A DNA stretch of 64,000 nucleotides from Candidatus Hermodarchaeota archaeon (lineage in GTDB: Archaea; Asgardarchaeota; Thorarchaeia; Thorarchaeales; Thorarchaeaceae), in contig JBHLLF010000015.1 in assembly GCA_048885865.1 (NCBI GenBank), positions 12,271 through 76,270 on the forward strand, read 5' to 3'. Of this stretch, positions 1 through 9,762 are shown one piece after another (within the stretch, counting starts at the first letter, position 1; each line of letters begins with the position of its first letter). The translations under genes were made by a program, and so were the position numbers. The notes below the pieces were generated by a model, which was not told the origin of the DNA, searched no databases, and was given only the letters and a program-made list of their open reading frames with translations.

Positions 1-204
1 AACCTCAATCATCTGCACCTTGTCTGGATCTGAGATACCAGTGAGTTCAATTCCCGGGCAATGAAGGAGCACTCTCTTGAGACGAGTCCATTCATTGTTT
101 ACTCCGCAAGAACTCCATATGGTTCCAATCTCCTCTTTCATCGATTTCTTCCGGGGAAACCATCCTTCGCCACCATATGGAGAGGTCTTTGACCGTTCTT
201 TCAT
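1..204 (-). CDS. Amidinotransferase/arginine deiminase-family protein, 5' part (runs off window start)
   Basis: Not in ORF track. Hand translation from ATG 204: MKERSKTSPYGGEGWFPRKKSMKEEIGTIWSSCGVNNEWTRLKRVLLHCPGIEL...; GVxxEWxxLKRVLLHxPG is the family N-terminal motif. Confidence 0.7.
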   Translation of the reverse strand, partial: MKERSKTSPYGGEGWFPRKKSMKEEIGTIWSSCGVNNEWTRLKRVLLHCPGIELTGISDPDKVQMIEV

Positions 205-236
205 CTGCAGCACCCAAGTGGCTTCCAAGAAAATGT

Positions 237-267
237 GATGGCAAGGGAGTCAACCCCCTCGCCAATC
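237..267 (-). terminator. GC-rich hairpin downstream of dodecin gene
   Basis: Minus strand GATTGGCGAGGGGG-TTGA-CTCCCTTGCCATC followed by ACATTTTCTT. Confidence 0.5.
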
Positions 268-284
268 TCTACTAATAATCGAGT

Positions 285-500
285 CTATTCCTTCTCATAC
301 TTGAAACTTAATGCAACCCGAGCTCGATAGGCAACAATCTTGCCATCCTCGATTTTGACATCAAGGTCCTTTACCTCAGCAATTCTAAGATCACGCAAGT
401 TCTTGGCAGCCTGGGCTACAGCAACCGCTACCGCGTCCTCCCAGCTCTTAGCGCTGGTGCCCACTAGGTCGATTATCTTGTATACGCTTCCATCTTCCAT
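285..500 (-). CDS. Dodecin (flavin-binding protein)
   Basis: VYKIIDLVGTSxxSWEDA...YRARVALSFKY signature; 71 aa from ATG 500. Confidence 0.92.
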   Translation of the reverse strand: MEDGSVYKIIDLVGTSAKSWEDAVAVAVAQAAKNLRDLRIAEVKDLDVKIEDGKIVAYRARVALSFKYEKE

Positions 501-572
501 ATTTCTCACTCCGAAAAGAGTATGATATTCCCTATGCACTCTTGGACAAAAGGATTACTGGACATTGAACAT

Positions 573-824
573 CTAGATATTGGACCCAAACCTCTGAATT
601 TCTGCGCTTAACACACTATCACAGTAGACGCATACAAGCAGATTGACAAGTGGAGGGTGCTCGTTCACTCGTCCTATCTGCGACTTGAAAGTCCCTCTGA
701 CAAACCGTGGCAATCGCTGGATGAATGCTTCAATTTGTTGTAAATAGTCATCATCAATTTCTGATATGAAGCTCCCTGTGAGTCTAACTCTCAATTCCTC
801 AGAACAATACGGACATTTTGGCAT
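573..824 (-). CDS. Small protein with split CxxC...CxxC zinc ribbon
   Basis: MPKCPYC at N-terminus and CVYC near C-terminus; start ATG 824. Confidence 0.65.
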   Translation of the reverse strand: MPKCPYCSEELRVRLTGSFISEIDDDYLQQIEAFIQRLPRFVRGTFKSQIGRVNEHPPLVNLLVCVYCDSVLSAEIQRFGSNI

Positions 825-925
825 GAGAATTCTACTCAAATTAGCATATGTACTCTTGCGAATTTTCAATTGGGACTATACATCCATAAGCAGTAGCACT
901 CTATCTCTGAAATGAGGGTTGCGAG

Positions 926-1249
926 ATGGAACTCAGTCCATGTGGTCATGCCTGTGACATCTGTCCTAGCTACAAGGGAGAAAGTGGTCGTCAGTGTTCA
1001 GGATGTCTAGACTCAAAGGGTGAGCCATGGTGGGGCAATTGCAGGCTCTTCGAATGCGCTAGTACGAAAGGAGTACGTCATTGCGGTATGTGCGATGAGT
1101 TTCCCTGTGACCTTCAGATCGGACATTTCGATCCATCCAATCCTAAAGGTCAACGGAATGCAGTCTTGCGAACCGGTGTGCTTGCTTTTTGGGCGAAGCA
1201 TGGTGAAGACAAGACAGTCGAATTAGTCAAGAGAGTTCATGGAATCTGA
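926..1249 (+). CDS. DUF3795 Cys-rich protein
   Basis: SPCGxxCxxC...CxGC...CxxxxC...HCGxCxEFPC pattern. Confidence 0.85.
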   Translation: MELSPCGHACDICPSYKGESGRQCSGCLDSKGEPWWGNCRLFECASTKGVRHCGMCDEFPCDLQIGHFDPSNPKGQRNAVLRTGVLAFWAKHGEDKTVELVKRVHGI

Positions 1250-1276
1250 ATCTGTCCTTAGCTTCTTGCGATTGCA

Positions 1277-1302
1277 TATCTGTTTTGATTCAAGAACAGA
1301 TA
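1277..1302. promoter_or_regulatory. Imperfect palindrome upstream of MFS gene (operator or terminator)
   Basis: TATCTGTTTTGATTCAAGAACAGATA. Confidence 0.4.
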
Positions 1303-1340
1303 ATAATAGGCAAATACTAGCCTGACGAGGAGATTGTGAT

Positions 1341-2759
1341 ATGAGAAGCTCGGAGAAGCTCAGTAGGAAAAACCTCTGGGGTTATGCGTTTGGTGCAATT
1401 CCAACTGGACTCTTGGGATTCGTTTTTAGCTTCAAGTACATCGAGTTCTTCTTCGATGACCTTGCACTTCTCCCTTCATTTTTCATTCTTGGGCAGATTA
1501 TCTACATGACTATCAACTCACTGAACGATCCGCTATCTGGTCAGCTATCAGATAGAACTGACAGAGAACGATGGGGAAGCAGGCGTCTAATCTACATCAA
1601 ATATGGCGGTCCAATCTGGGCACTCACCTTCCTGCTTGTGTGGTTTCCGTGGAGTCTAACAAATCAGATAGTCATCTTCTTGCACTATGTTGTGACCATA
1701 TGTCTCTTTGACACAATGTACACCCTAGTCATTCTTCTTTGGCTTGCATTACTTCCCGAGATGACCATGGACATTGATGAGCGTAATAAAGCTCAGTTCT
1801 TCGCAACGATTTTGGGCACCGTAGTGACTCTACCCGTCTTTATAATAATTGCAAGTATTCCGCCTAATTCAGATCAGTTCAGGGCAATAATGTTCATTCT
1901 AGCCGCAATTTCTACGGTTTTCATTTTACTTACAGCCTCTATGTGTGAGGAGCGTCCTGAGTTCCAGAGTGACAAGGTCTTCACTCTAAAGGAATCAATC
2001 ATTGCCACATTTCGATCAAGGGCATTTCTTGTCTATGCCGGATTCTATCTCTGTCAGAATATGCTGGGAAGCTTGGGCTTGAGTTACTTCTTCGTATATC
2101 TGCTTCTCTTGGAGAGAATTACGCCGGGACTAGACGTCATTCTCCTATTCTTTGTCGTCTACTTCATAGTCGGATATTTGGGAAACATCATAGCAATCCG
2201 GCTCCAGTCGAGATGGGGAATGAGAAGAATCATGCTTAGGTTCGGGATTGTTAGAGTCATAGGTTCGTTGGTCCTTTTCCTCATCATACTTGTACCATCT
2301 CTCGAATGGACAATATGGTTCGGACTCATTGTGATTACTCTTGCATCTGGTTACGGCATTTTCCACATTCCAATGCAGTACTTAGCAATAGATGAGGATG
2401 AGGTGCTTCACGGCTCACGGAGAGAGGGTATGTTCATCGGAGTAATGGCACTGTTGACTCGTCCAGGGACTAGTCTTGGCCCCATAGTAGCCACGTTTGT
2501 GCTTACAGCTTTTGGCTACATTCAAAGCGGTTTGCCTGCGGCTCAGCCTGCATCCGCTCTACTTGGAATCAAGATTCTCTGGCTACTAGTACCAGCAATA
2601 GTGGCGGGATTAAGTCTAGTCTTCATCTACTTCTATCCGTTGCATGATGAGGCGTTAGCAGAGATGCAGGAAAAACTGCAGAGGCTTCATGAGGAAAAGA
2701 GAGCCGCTCTTCTTGAAGGGGATCAAAAAACCTCAGACTTTGCATCAACAGCTAATTAG
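1341..2759 (+). CDS. MFS transporter, GPH/MelB-like glycoside:cation symporter
   Basis: About 12 TM; NDPLSGQLSDRT..WGSRR and DEDEVLHGSRREGMF motifs; C-terminal YPL. Confidence 0.88.
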   Translation: MRSSEKLSRKNLWGYAFGAIPTGLLGFVFSFKYIEFFFDDLALLPSFFILGQIIYMTINSLNDPLSGQLSDRTDRERWGSRRLIYIKYGGPIWALTFLLVWFPWSLTNQIVIFLHYVVTICLFDTMYTLVILLWLALLPEMTMDIDERNKAQFFATILGTVVTLPVFIIIASIPPNSDQFRAIMFILAAISTVFILLTASMCEERPEFQSDKVFTLKESIIATFRSRAFLVYAGFYLCQNMLGSLGLSYFFVYLLLLERITPGLDVILLFFVVYFIVGYLGNIIAIRLQSRWGMRRIMLRFGIVRVIGSLVLFLIILVPSLEWTIWFGLIVITLASGYGIFHIPMQYLAIDEDEVLHGSRREGMFIGVMALLTRPGTSLGPIVATFVLTAFGYIQSGLPAAQPASALLGIKILWLLVPAIVAGLSLVFIYFYPLHDEALAEMQEKLQRLHEEKRAALLEGDQKTSDFASTAN

Positions 2760-3918
2760 GGATGTCTATAGGATAAGAGCTGTATTTCTCCCGAACCTCC
2801 ATAACTGCTTCCCATCTGTCAATAGTCACAGATGGAACAATGCTGTGCCCACTGCTGAATAGATATCCTCCTCCAGGAGCTATTTCTCGAATCAACTTCA
2901 TACTATATTCCTTAATCTCAGAGATGTTTCCAGTAGCCAACATGACAGGACTGATGTTCCCTACGAAAGTAAGCCTGTCACCATATTTCTCAGCGAGATT
3001 GAAAATATCATAATCAGGATTTGCAGTTGTGGGTTCAATTGGATGAATTGCGTCTACGCCACAATTCACGATATCATCAAATATCATTGACAAATCCCCA
3101 TCTGAATGTAGCAGAATCTTGCAATCCCTTTTATGCGCAGCATCACAGATTCGATTGAGCCAAGGAAAGACATATGTTTTGAAGTTCCGTGGACTCATGA
3201 ATAACCCATTTTTAAAGCCATAGTCATCCCAGATTAGGACAACCTCAGCACCGTTCTCTGCAAGGATACTGACCAGTTCAAGTGCTAGATTCCCTCTGTC
3301 ATCAAAGATCTTCTTTGCCTGTTTGGGCTTTGCCAAGATGCGTGAGAATACCTCAATTCCAAAAGGTTCCCAAGCAGGTTCGAACATTCCACCAATCGCA
3401 GGGACAGACAGGATTTCATTGTTCATCTGTTCTTGAACCTGTTTGCCAGCCCGGAAAGCAGCAAGTCGCCGTTTCTCATGTGGGCTTGGTTGTTTCCATT
3501 TCTCATAATCTTCGAAGCTCTTTAGATATCCTCCACGATAACCAAGAATCAGAGTTCCATCCTCATAATAGTCCACATTCATGATTCTACCAAACTCGTC
3601 TATGTAACCCCCCTCGATGCCTTTGCGATACGTATGTGTTACATAACTGAGACCAATATCAATCTTGAGACGTCGGAGAAGCTCATAGCCGTCGACCAAA
3701 CCTTGGGCAAGCCATTTTTGATTTGAGAATGCCCAGTTTGCAATGCGGTCCTTGCCTGGAAGCCGTTTTATGGATTCATATCCGTCCTTAATTCCAGCAC
3801 CAGGGTCAAGACCGTAGTGCTGCATGATTGTGTTGTTTGTGAAGGCACTCTCAAACGCTGGAACTCTGTCAGGTTCCTCATGGTTAAGTGCCATCAAAAC
3901 TCGTGTTGGTGCGTCCAA
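2752..3918 (-). CDS. Uroporphyrinogen decarboxylase-family protein (putative corrinoid methyltransferase)
   Basis: ALNHEEPDRVP, DDYG...MSP, LLHSDG, GNI, PGGGYLFSSGHSI; adjacent to corrinoid protein. Confidence 0.85.
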   Translation of the reverse strand: MDAPTRVLMALNHEEPDRVPAFESAFTNNTIMQHYGLDPGAGIKDGYESIKRLPGKDRIANWAFSNQKWLAQGLVDGYELLRRLKIDIGLSYVTHTYRKGIEGGYIDEFGRIMNVDYYEDGTLILGYRGGYLKSFEDYEKWKQPSPHEKRRLAAFRAGKQVQEQMNNEILSVPAIGGMFEPAWEPFGIEVFSRILAKPKQAKKIFDDRGNLALELVSILAENGAEVVLIWDDYGFKNGLFMSPRNFKTYVFPWLNRICDAAHKRDCKILLHSDGDLSMIFDDIVNCGVDAIHPIEPTTANPDYDIFNLAEKYGDRLTFVGNISPVMLATGNISEIKEYSMKLIREIAPGGGYLFSSGHSIVPSVTIDRWEAVMEVREKYSSYPIDIPN

Positions 3919-3923
3919 TCGTG

Positions 3924-4553
3924 CTATCCCTCCAACAGTGCTCTGATGCGCCGGACACCTTCTATTGCATCTGCCCCGAAGTCATCAGCTCCCATCTTCT
4001 TCGCAAGATCCATACTAAGAGGGGCACCACCAACGATAATCTTCACATTGTTTCTAAGACCAGCATCGCTTAGGGCGTTTCCAATTACACGAATCTCATT
4101 GACTGTCATTGTTAGTAGACAGCTCAGAGCCACAATACGAGCTCCACTCTCCTTAACAGCCTCTACAACTTTCTCAGCTGGACAGTCCATCCCAAGATCG
4201 ATGACATCATATCCCGCAGACATCAGCATAGTAATGAGGATGTTCTTCCCGATGTCGTGATTGTCGCCTTTGACAGTTGCAGCGATTACCTTCTCACGCT
4301 CAACCATCTCATCAGCTTTGAGGTGGGGTTCAAGAACAGCTACAGCCTCTTTCATCGTTTCGCCTGCTAACACAAGCTCGGCGAGAAAATACTCGTTCTT
4401 CTCATAGAGCGTACCAACTTCGTTCATACCCTCAGAGAGTGCTTGAAGAACATCCTGGGGGTTGGAACCAGCGTCAATATTCTTCCTAACAATCTCAGCG
4501 ATGTCATCTACCTCTAGTTGGACTACCGCATCTGTCACTTCTTTTAATGTCAT
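3924..4553 (-). CDS. Corrinoid (B12-binding) protein, MtaC/MttC type
   Basis: Cap domain GMNEVGxLY..EYFLAEL; DxHxxG motif GDNHDIGKNI; SCLLT; VGGAP. Confidence 0.93.
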   Translation of the reverse strand: MTLKEVTDAVVQLEVDDIAEIVRKNIDAGSNPQDVLQALSEGMNEVGTLYEKNEYFLAELVLAGETMKEAVAVLEPHLKADEMVEREKVIAATVKGDNHDIGKNILITMLMSAGYDVIDLGMDCPAEKVVEAVKESGARIVALSCLLTMTVNEIRVIGNALSDAGLRNNVKIIVGGAPLSMDLAKKMGADDFGADAIEGVRRIRALLEG

Positions 4554-4699
4554 AGTGATTCCAGCCTTCGGGGATTTTATCGAAAACTACCACCTACAGC
4601 TCCACATTAGATTGCATGGGTGTATTTGTTTGTTTCAGAATAGAATCGGAAAGAGATTAATCTCATATTGAGGGAATAGGATGAAGGTTGGAGTTAGGT

Positions 4700-7432
4700 A
4701 TGACAAAGAAACCCTATGGCTCAGGTTACTTCGGCGAGTGGATTATGGATGAGTTTGGTCTTCCAGCCTACCGATATACTTGTGACCAGACCACAGATCC
4801 AAAGGCTGTTTCACCGATGACAGAGGAATGGCGAGCCAACACAGACCATCTCCATCAGGTTGGAAATGATAGACTTGTGGCAGTTGTTTCCAACTATGGT
4901 CAGGTCCAAGTAAGGCAGGATGAGGGTAGTCCCAAGTTCCTAAATGATTATGACCCCTCAAGATTCCAATATGGTGGTGGTATAGGGTATTTGACTGATG
5001 GAGAAACATTCCTCAGTACATTCTACACTGGACAAGCAGACTCGTTTGACCGCAATTTTGGAATGGGCTATTTTCGAAAGACTGTGAAGGACAATTCACT
5101 TGTTGCGGACCAGATTATCTTTGCACCATTTGGCGATGAACCACTGGTGGTTTCACAGGTCACGATAAAGAACGAACGTGACAAAGCTGCTGATCTCAGA
5201 TGGATTGAATACTGGGGTTGTCAGCAATATCAGTTCTCATTCAAGTCGTTCATGATGTCGATAGCTCTGAAAAAGCCAACTTCAGACATTCGTAGGGAGT
5301 TCAGCCGGCGATTTGATCATAAGACGGAGGTCATAGAGAAGAATAGAGGATTGCTGAACTCAAAGCGTTTCAAAGGAAACACAATGAGTGACAAAGTCAC
5401 CTGGAAGGCCTTGAATAGGTACTTAGCCACAAAGGGAAAACATCTGACTGGTGGTGCTGTCAAGGCTCCAATTAAGGAAACAGTTCTTGAGGATGAAACT
5501 CCACCAGCAACATTCTTGGTTTCGTTGGATGCTCCTGCTGATGTCGTAGGTACGGATGTTGTGAGTTTCTTTGGTAAGGGTGGTGTTATTGCACCTGATG
5601 GGTTGCAGAGCACATTGTCCATGAGTACTGCCAAAAGGACTGAAACGGGCTTCCTCTTGGAGAGAAAACTGAGTCTTGCACCTGGAGAAGAACAGACTCT
5701 CTATTTCGTCTACGGCTATCTGCCTGAAGGATTTACACTCGACTCACTTGTTGCCAAGTTTGAGAAAGATCCATCTAATTTATTGGCAAAATCCTGTGAG
5801 CAGTGGAAGGCAAACAGGATTCAACTAGTAACTGATGATGAATGGGTGGATAGGGAACTAAGTTGGCACAATTACTACCTAAGAGGCAATCTTACTTTTG
5901 ACAGCTTCTTCAATGAACATATTCTCTCTCAGGGTCACATGTATCAGTACATAATTGGAATTCAAGCAGCCGCTCGAGACCCTCTCCAGCATGCGTTGCC
6001 TTTTGTCTTCTCTCAGCCTGAAATTGTGAAGAATATCATAAGATACACACTCAAGACAGTGACCCCAGAGGGAAACATCCCGTATGGTATTGTTGGACAT
6101 GGAATGTATATGCCATCTCCATGGCGCCCCAGTGATCAGCAACTTTGGCTCCTCTGGTTGACTAGTGAATATGTTCTAGGAAATAGGGATGTTGAGTTCC
6201 TTGACGAAAGCATCACCATGTATCCCATTTACGGGAAGAAAACCAGGCAAGCCAAGGTTCGTGACGTGCTCGCCCTATGTTTCAGGTACTTTATCGATAC
6301 AAATGCAACAGGAAAACATGGACTGTCAAGGCTCTCTTATGGCGACTGGAATGACATGGTTGTACATGGGTATGTCCCACAAGAGAAACGGGATGAAGTC
6401 ACTGAGGTGGGTGAAAGTATGTTGAATGCGAGCATGGCCACCTATGTGCTGAATCTATACTCACAGCTACTCACATACATAGGAGAACCTGATTTTGCAA
6501 ACGAGTCACTCGATTTTGCTAGGAAACAACAAGATGCAGTGAATCAGCAATGGCATGGCAAATGGTTTAAACGTGCATGGCTTGGCGACGCTCTTGGATG
6601 GGTTGGTACTGATGTCATGTGGCTTGAACCACAGCCGTGGTCAATCATAGGCAGTGCTGCGACTAAAGAACAAGCTGATATTCTTCTGAGGTCCTTGAGT
6701 GACCTTGCTAGGTCCTCCTCCAAACATGGAGCAGTGATTCTCTCCAAGCCCATAGAACTGATGGCTGGCAATCCAGGTATCGGCACAAATGCTGGCGTCT
6801 GGCCTTCAATCAATGGTACATTGATTTGGGCGCTTGCGCTTCTAGATGGGGGTTTAGCTTGGGATGAGTGGACGAGAAACTCTCTGGCCAAACATGCAGA
6901 GGAATACCCTGAGGTATGGTATGGAATCTGGAGCGGCCCAGATACCTATAATTCCGAGTTCGCAGATCGGCCGGGGCAAACAATTGTCGTAGAAGCAAGA
7001 GGAGGAGTAAGAGATGCCATTGAGGAGGGGGAGGAAGAAGAGGAGGGATTCATGGGAGTGGGATGGACAGACTTCCCTGTAATGAATATGCATCCGCATG
7101 CATGGCCCCTGTATACTATTGGGAAGCTCATGGGAATCGAGTTCAACAGCAAAGGAGTAGATTTGGCTCCAACATTGCCTAAGGACAAATACAAGTTCTC
7201 AACACCCCTCATAGAGATAGAGAAGTCAGATGAGGGGTACTCAGGAAAGTACTCGCCTAAATCACCAGGAACATGGAAAATGTCCTTAAAACTAGATGAG
7301 CGGGAATTGGAGATGATGAAAGTTCTTCTTGTGAACAAGAAAGAGGTCGATATTGCTCGAGAGGGGAACAGAATAGTGTGGGAAGGCCAAAGCACAGAGG
7401 ACGAACCACTGATATGGAATCTCAGGTTTTAG
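4700..7432 (+). CDS. GH94-like glycoside phosphorylase/hydrolase
   Basis: AARDPLQH, RPSDQQLWL, GKHGL..GDWND, GES, WFKRAW, LEPQPW motifs of the cellobiose-phosphorylase-like (alpha/alpha)6 domain. Confidence 0.8.
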   Translation: MTKKPYGSGYFGEWIMDEFGLPAYRYTCDQTTDPKAVSPMTEEWRANTDHLHQVGNDRLVAVVSNYGQVQVRQDEGSPKFLNDYDPSRFQYGGGIGYLTDGETFLSTFYTGQADSFDRNFGMGYFRKTVKDNSLVADQIIFAPFGDEPLVVSQVTIKNERDKAADLRWIEYWGCQQYQFSFKSFMMSIALKKPTSDIRREFSRRFDHKTEVIEKNRGLLNSKRFKGNTMSDKVTWKALNRYLATKGKHLTGGAVKAPIKETVLEDETPPATFLVSLDAPADVVGTDVVSFFGKGGVIAPDGLQSTLSMSTAKRTETGFLLERKLSLAPGEEQTLYFVYGYLPEGFTLDSLVAKFEKDPSNLLAKSCEQWKANRIQLVTDDEWVDRELSWHNYYLRGNLTFDSFFNEHILSQGHMYQYIIGIQAAARDPLQHALPFVFSQPEIVKNIIRYTLKTVTPEGNIPYGIVGHGMYMPSPWRPSDQQLWLLWLTSEYVLGNRDVEFLDESITMYPIYGKKTRQAKVRDVLALCFRYFIDTNATGKHGLSRLSYGDWNDMVVHGYVPQEKRDEVTEVGESMLNASMATYVLNLYSQLLTYIGEPDFANESLDFARKQQDAVNQQWHGKWFKRAWLGDALGWVGTDVMWLEPQPWSIIGSAATKEQADILLRSLSDLARSSSKHGAVILSKPIELMAGNPGIGTNAGVWPSINGTLIWALALLDGGLAWDEWTRNSLAKHAEEYPEVWYGIWSGPDTYNSEFADRPGQTIVVEARGGVRDAIEEGEEEEEGFMGVGWTDFPVMNMHPHAWPLYTIGKLMGIEFNSKGVDLAPTLPKDKYKFSTPLIEIEKSDEGYSGKYSPKSPGTWKMSLKLDERELEMMKVLLVNKKEVDIAREGNRIVWEGQSTEDEPLIWNLRF

Positions 7433-7450
7433 ATTAAGAGATGCCTAGCA

Positions 7451-8491
7451 ATGAATTCCCGCAATCTGACTCTTGAGGCCATCGAAGGTAAAACAGAGAG
7501 AGTTCCATTCAATCCATTCATCATGCATCTTGCTGCGTCGATTTATGGCATAGACTATAGCGGAGTATATTGTCAGGACGCACGAGTGCTTGCTGATGCC
7601 CAAATTAAATGCGCCAAAGCATTTGGAATTGACCACATGAACGTTTCAACTGATGCATATAGAGAGGCTAATGCATGGGGCGTAGAGATGGATTTCTCGA
7701 GTCACACTCCGGTGGCGAAGACACATCTTAGGATTGACGACTTTGACCAGGTTGAGGAACCAGACCTTAATGCTGCCAAGCGAATACAGGATAGGGTTGA
7801 GGCAGTCGAGCTGTTAAGAGAAGCTAGCAGCGACCAGTGTATCATTGGCTGGATAGAGGCTCCATTTGCGGAGATTTGCTGCTTGTTTGGATTGATGAAT
7901 GTGCTAAAGCTAGCTCGCAGAGATGATTGGAACGAGCTGGTCCAAGGACTCTTGGACCGAGTATTTTCAATTCAGCTAGAGTTTGCCATGATGCAGGTCG
8001 AGGCTGGAGCAGACATCATTGGAGCAGGTGACTCTGCCGTTTCTCAGATAGGCCCCAAGCGCTATGAGGAGGCCTGTCTTGAATCAACTCAGACTCTCTT
8101 CAAAGAAATCAACAAACATGCGCCTGTACTCTACCATGTCTGTGGGGACTGTTCAGTGGTTGACACTGAAGGCAGGGATATGTTGGAATTCGTCGCGAGT
8201 TCTGGAGCCTCAGTCTTGGACATAGACTACCAAGTGGACTTGGCCAGCGCAAAGGCGAAGATCGGTTCGAGAGTATGTCTTCGAGGCAATATCAATACCT
8301 CCCTCCTCGGAAGCGAAACGTACAATGAAATTCAGGTCACAAAGGAGATATCAGAAGCAATTCAAGCAGGTAAGCCAGGCGGCAGGTACATGTTCTCAGC
8401 AGGCTGCGAATGGCCTTGGGAACCCCTGGAATTGGCTACTCGGAATCTGCAGATTGCAAGAAACGTGGTCGAAGAGCTTGGAGGATATTGA
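7451..8491 (+). CDS. MtaA/CmuA-like methylcobamide:thiol methyltransferase (UroD family)
   Basis: RVPFNP, EAxAWG, EAGADIIGAGD; Zn ligands HVCG and SAGCE. Confidence 0.85.
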   Translation: MNSRNLTLEAIEGKTERVPFNPFIMHLAASIYGIDYSGVYCQDARVLADAQIKCAKAFGIDHMNVSTDAYREANAWGVEMDFSSHTPVAKTHLRIDDFDQVEEPDLNAAKRIQDRVEAVELLREASSDQCIIGWIEAPFAEICCLFGLMNVLKLARRDDWNELVQGLLDRVFSIQLEFAMMQVEAGADIIGAGDSAVSQIGPKRYEEACLESTQTLFKEINKHAPVLYHVCGDCSVVDTEGRDMLEFVASSGASVLDIDYQVDLASAKAKIGSRVCLRGNINTSLLGSETYNEIQVTKEISEAIQAGKPGGRYMFSAGCEWPWEPLELATRNLQIARNVVEELGGY

Positions 8492-8492
8492 T

Positions 8493-9665
8493 ATGAACTC
8501 CCGAGAACGAGTGATGACTGCTCTGAACCACAGAGAACCAGATATGGTGCCGCTAGATTTTGGGGGCAATCAGTCAAGTATTCACATTGTGGCTTACAAG
8601 CGACTACTCGAATATCTCGACATCGAGGATGATAACATTCGCTACAGTGATTTCCTCCAGCAGATTGCGAACCCTTGTGAAAAAATACTCGAGCTATTTG
8701 AAATAGATATTCGATGGCTCCGAGCACCTTCTTCATTTTTGCCTGATGGTTATGTTCCTGAAGTCGAGGGGAAGTTTCAAGGAGTCTTGGATCAGTTTGG
8801 CGTATTCTGGGGCAACAGTGCGGAGAAGGACCTTGAAGACATTCTCTATTACGATCCAGTCATCCATCCCTTGGCTGAAATGAAATCAGTACGGGAGATT
8901 AGGGAGTATGACTGGCCCGATGGAACTGACAGGACTCCTCTGAAGGGTTTGAGAAAACAGGCAAAGAAACTCAGAGAGAATACTGACTATGCCATTGCAA
9001 CGCCACCAGTTGGCTGCATTTATGAATACACGACATTCCTCTTTGGTTTTACAAAAGCTATGAAACATCTGCAGAAGAGTCCAGAGCTGATAATTGCCAC
9101 CATGGAGGAATTAGAGAAATATTGGACAGATTATGCTGCCGCACTACTTGATGAGGTGAAATTTGGAAACGAGCATTACGTCGATGTTGTTTCCAACAAT
9201 GGTGACCTTGCAGAACAGGCAGGCCCAATTATGAGCCCAAAACGCATCTATGAGCCTCTAATCAAACCAATAGAACAACGGTTCTCAGAGAAGTTACATG
9301 CCCTTGCTGACGTAAGAATCAACTACCATTCTTGCGGATCAGTTTCTCAATTCATTCCTCACTTCGCAGAAATTGGCTATGACGCACTGAATCCGGTTCA
9401 AGTCGGTGCTTTTGACATGGAGCCATGCAGCCTGAAGAAACGATTTGGGGATATGATAACATTCTGGGGTGGGCTGTGCGACACGCAGAAGACCCTTCCA
9501 TTTGGGACAGTTGATGAGATATGTCAAGAGGTCGAGCGTAACATAGCATGTTTGAAACCCAGCGGCGGGTATATTGCTTCAAATATTCACAATATAACTG
9601 CTGAAGTTCCACCAGAAAACGTAGTAGCGATGTTCGATGCCGCCAAAAGAAGTAGATACTATTAG
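8493..9665 (+). CDS. Uroporphyrinogen decarboxylase-family protein (putative methyltransferase)
   Basis: MNSRERVxxALNHREPDxVPxDxGG, YHSCG, LNPVQ, FWGG.DTQ.TLPFGT, HNI...VPPEN; start ATG 8493 just after upstream TGA. Confidence 0.87.
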   Translation: MNSRERVMTALNHREPDMVPLDFGGNQSSIHIVAYKRLLEYLDIEDDNIRYSDFLQQIANPCEKILELFEIDIRWLRAPSSFLPDGYVPEVEGKFQGVLDQFGVFWGNSAEKDLEDILYYDPVIHPLAEMKSVREIREYDWPDGTDRTPLKGLRKQAKKLRENTDYAIATPPVGCIYEYTTFLFGFTKAMKHLQKSPELIIATMEELEKYWTDYAAALLDEVKFGNEHYVDVVSNNGDLAEQAGPIMSPKRIYEPLIKPIEQRFSEKLHALADVRINYHSCGSVSQFIPHFAEIGYDALNPVQVGAFDMEPCSLKKRFGDMITFWGGLCDTQKTLPFGTVDEICQEVERNIACLKPSGGYIASNIHNITAEVPPENVVAMFDAAKRSRYY

Positions 9666-9762
9666 GCTAGGTTGGTTCCACGGAAAATAAAACGTAATCC
9701 AAAATAATGAAATGGTTCTTCATACAAAGATTATCATAGTATAACCCAAGGAGTGGAGATGA

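Noticed and set aside
8325-8492. N-terminal extensions in the ORF track (also photolyase 13795, preA 57201, PadR 54832, bPH 48796)
   Set aside because: They overlap neighbouring genes or promoters; family homology and RBS support the shorter starts.
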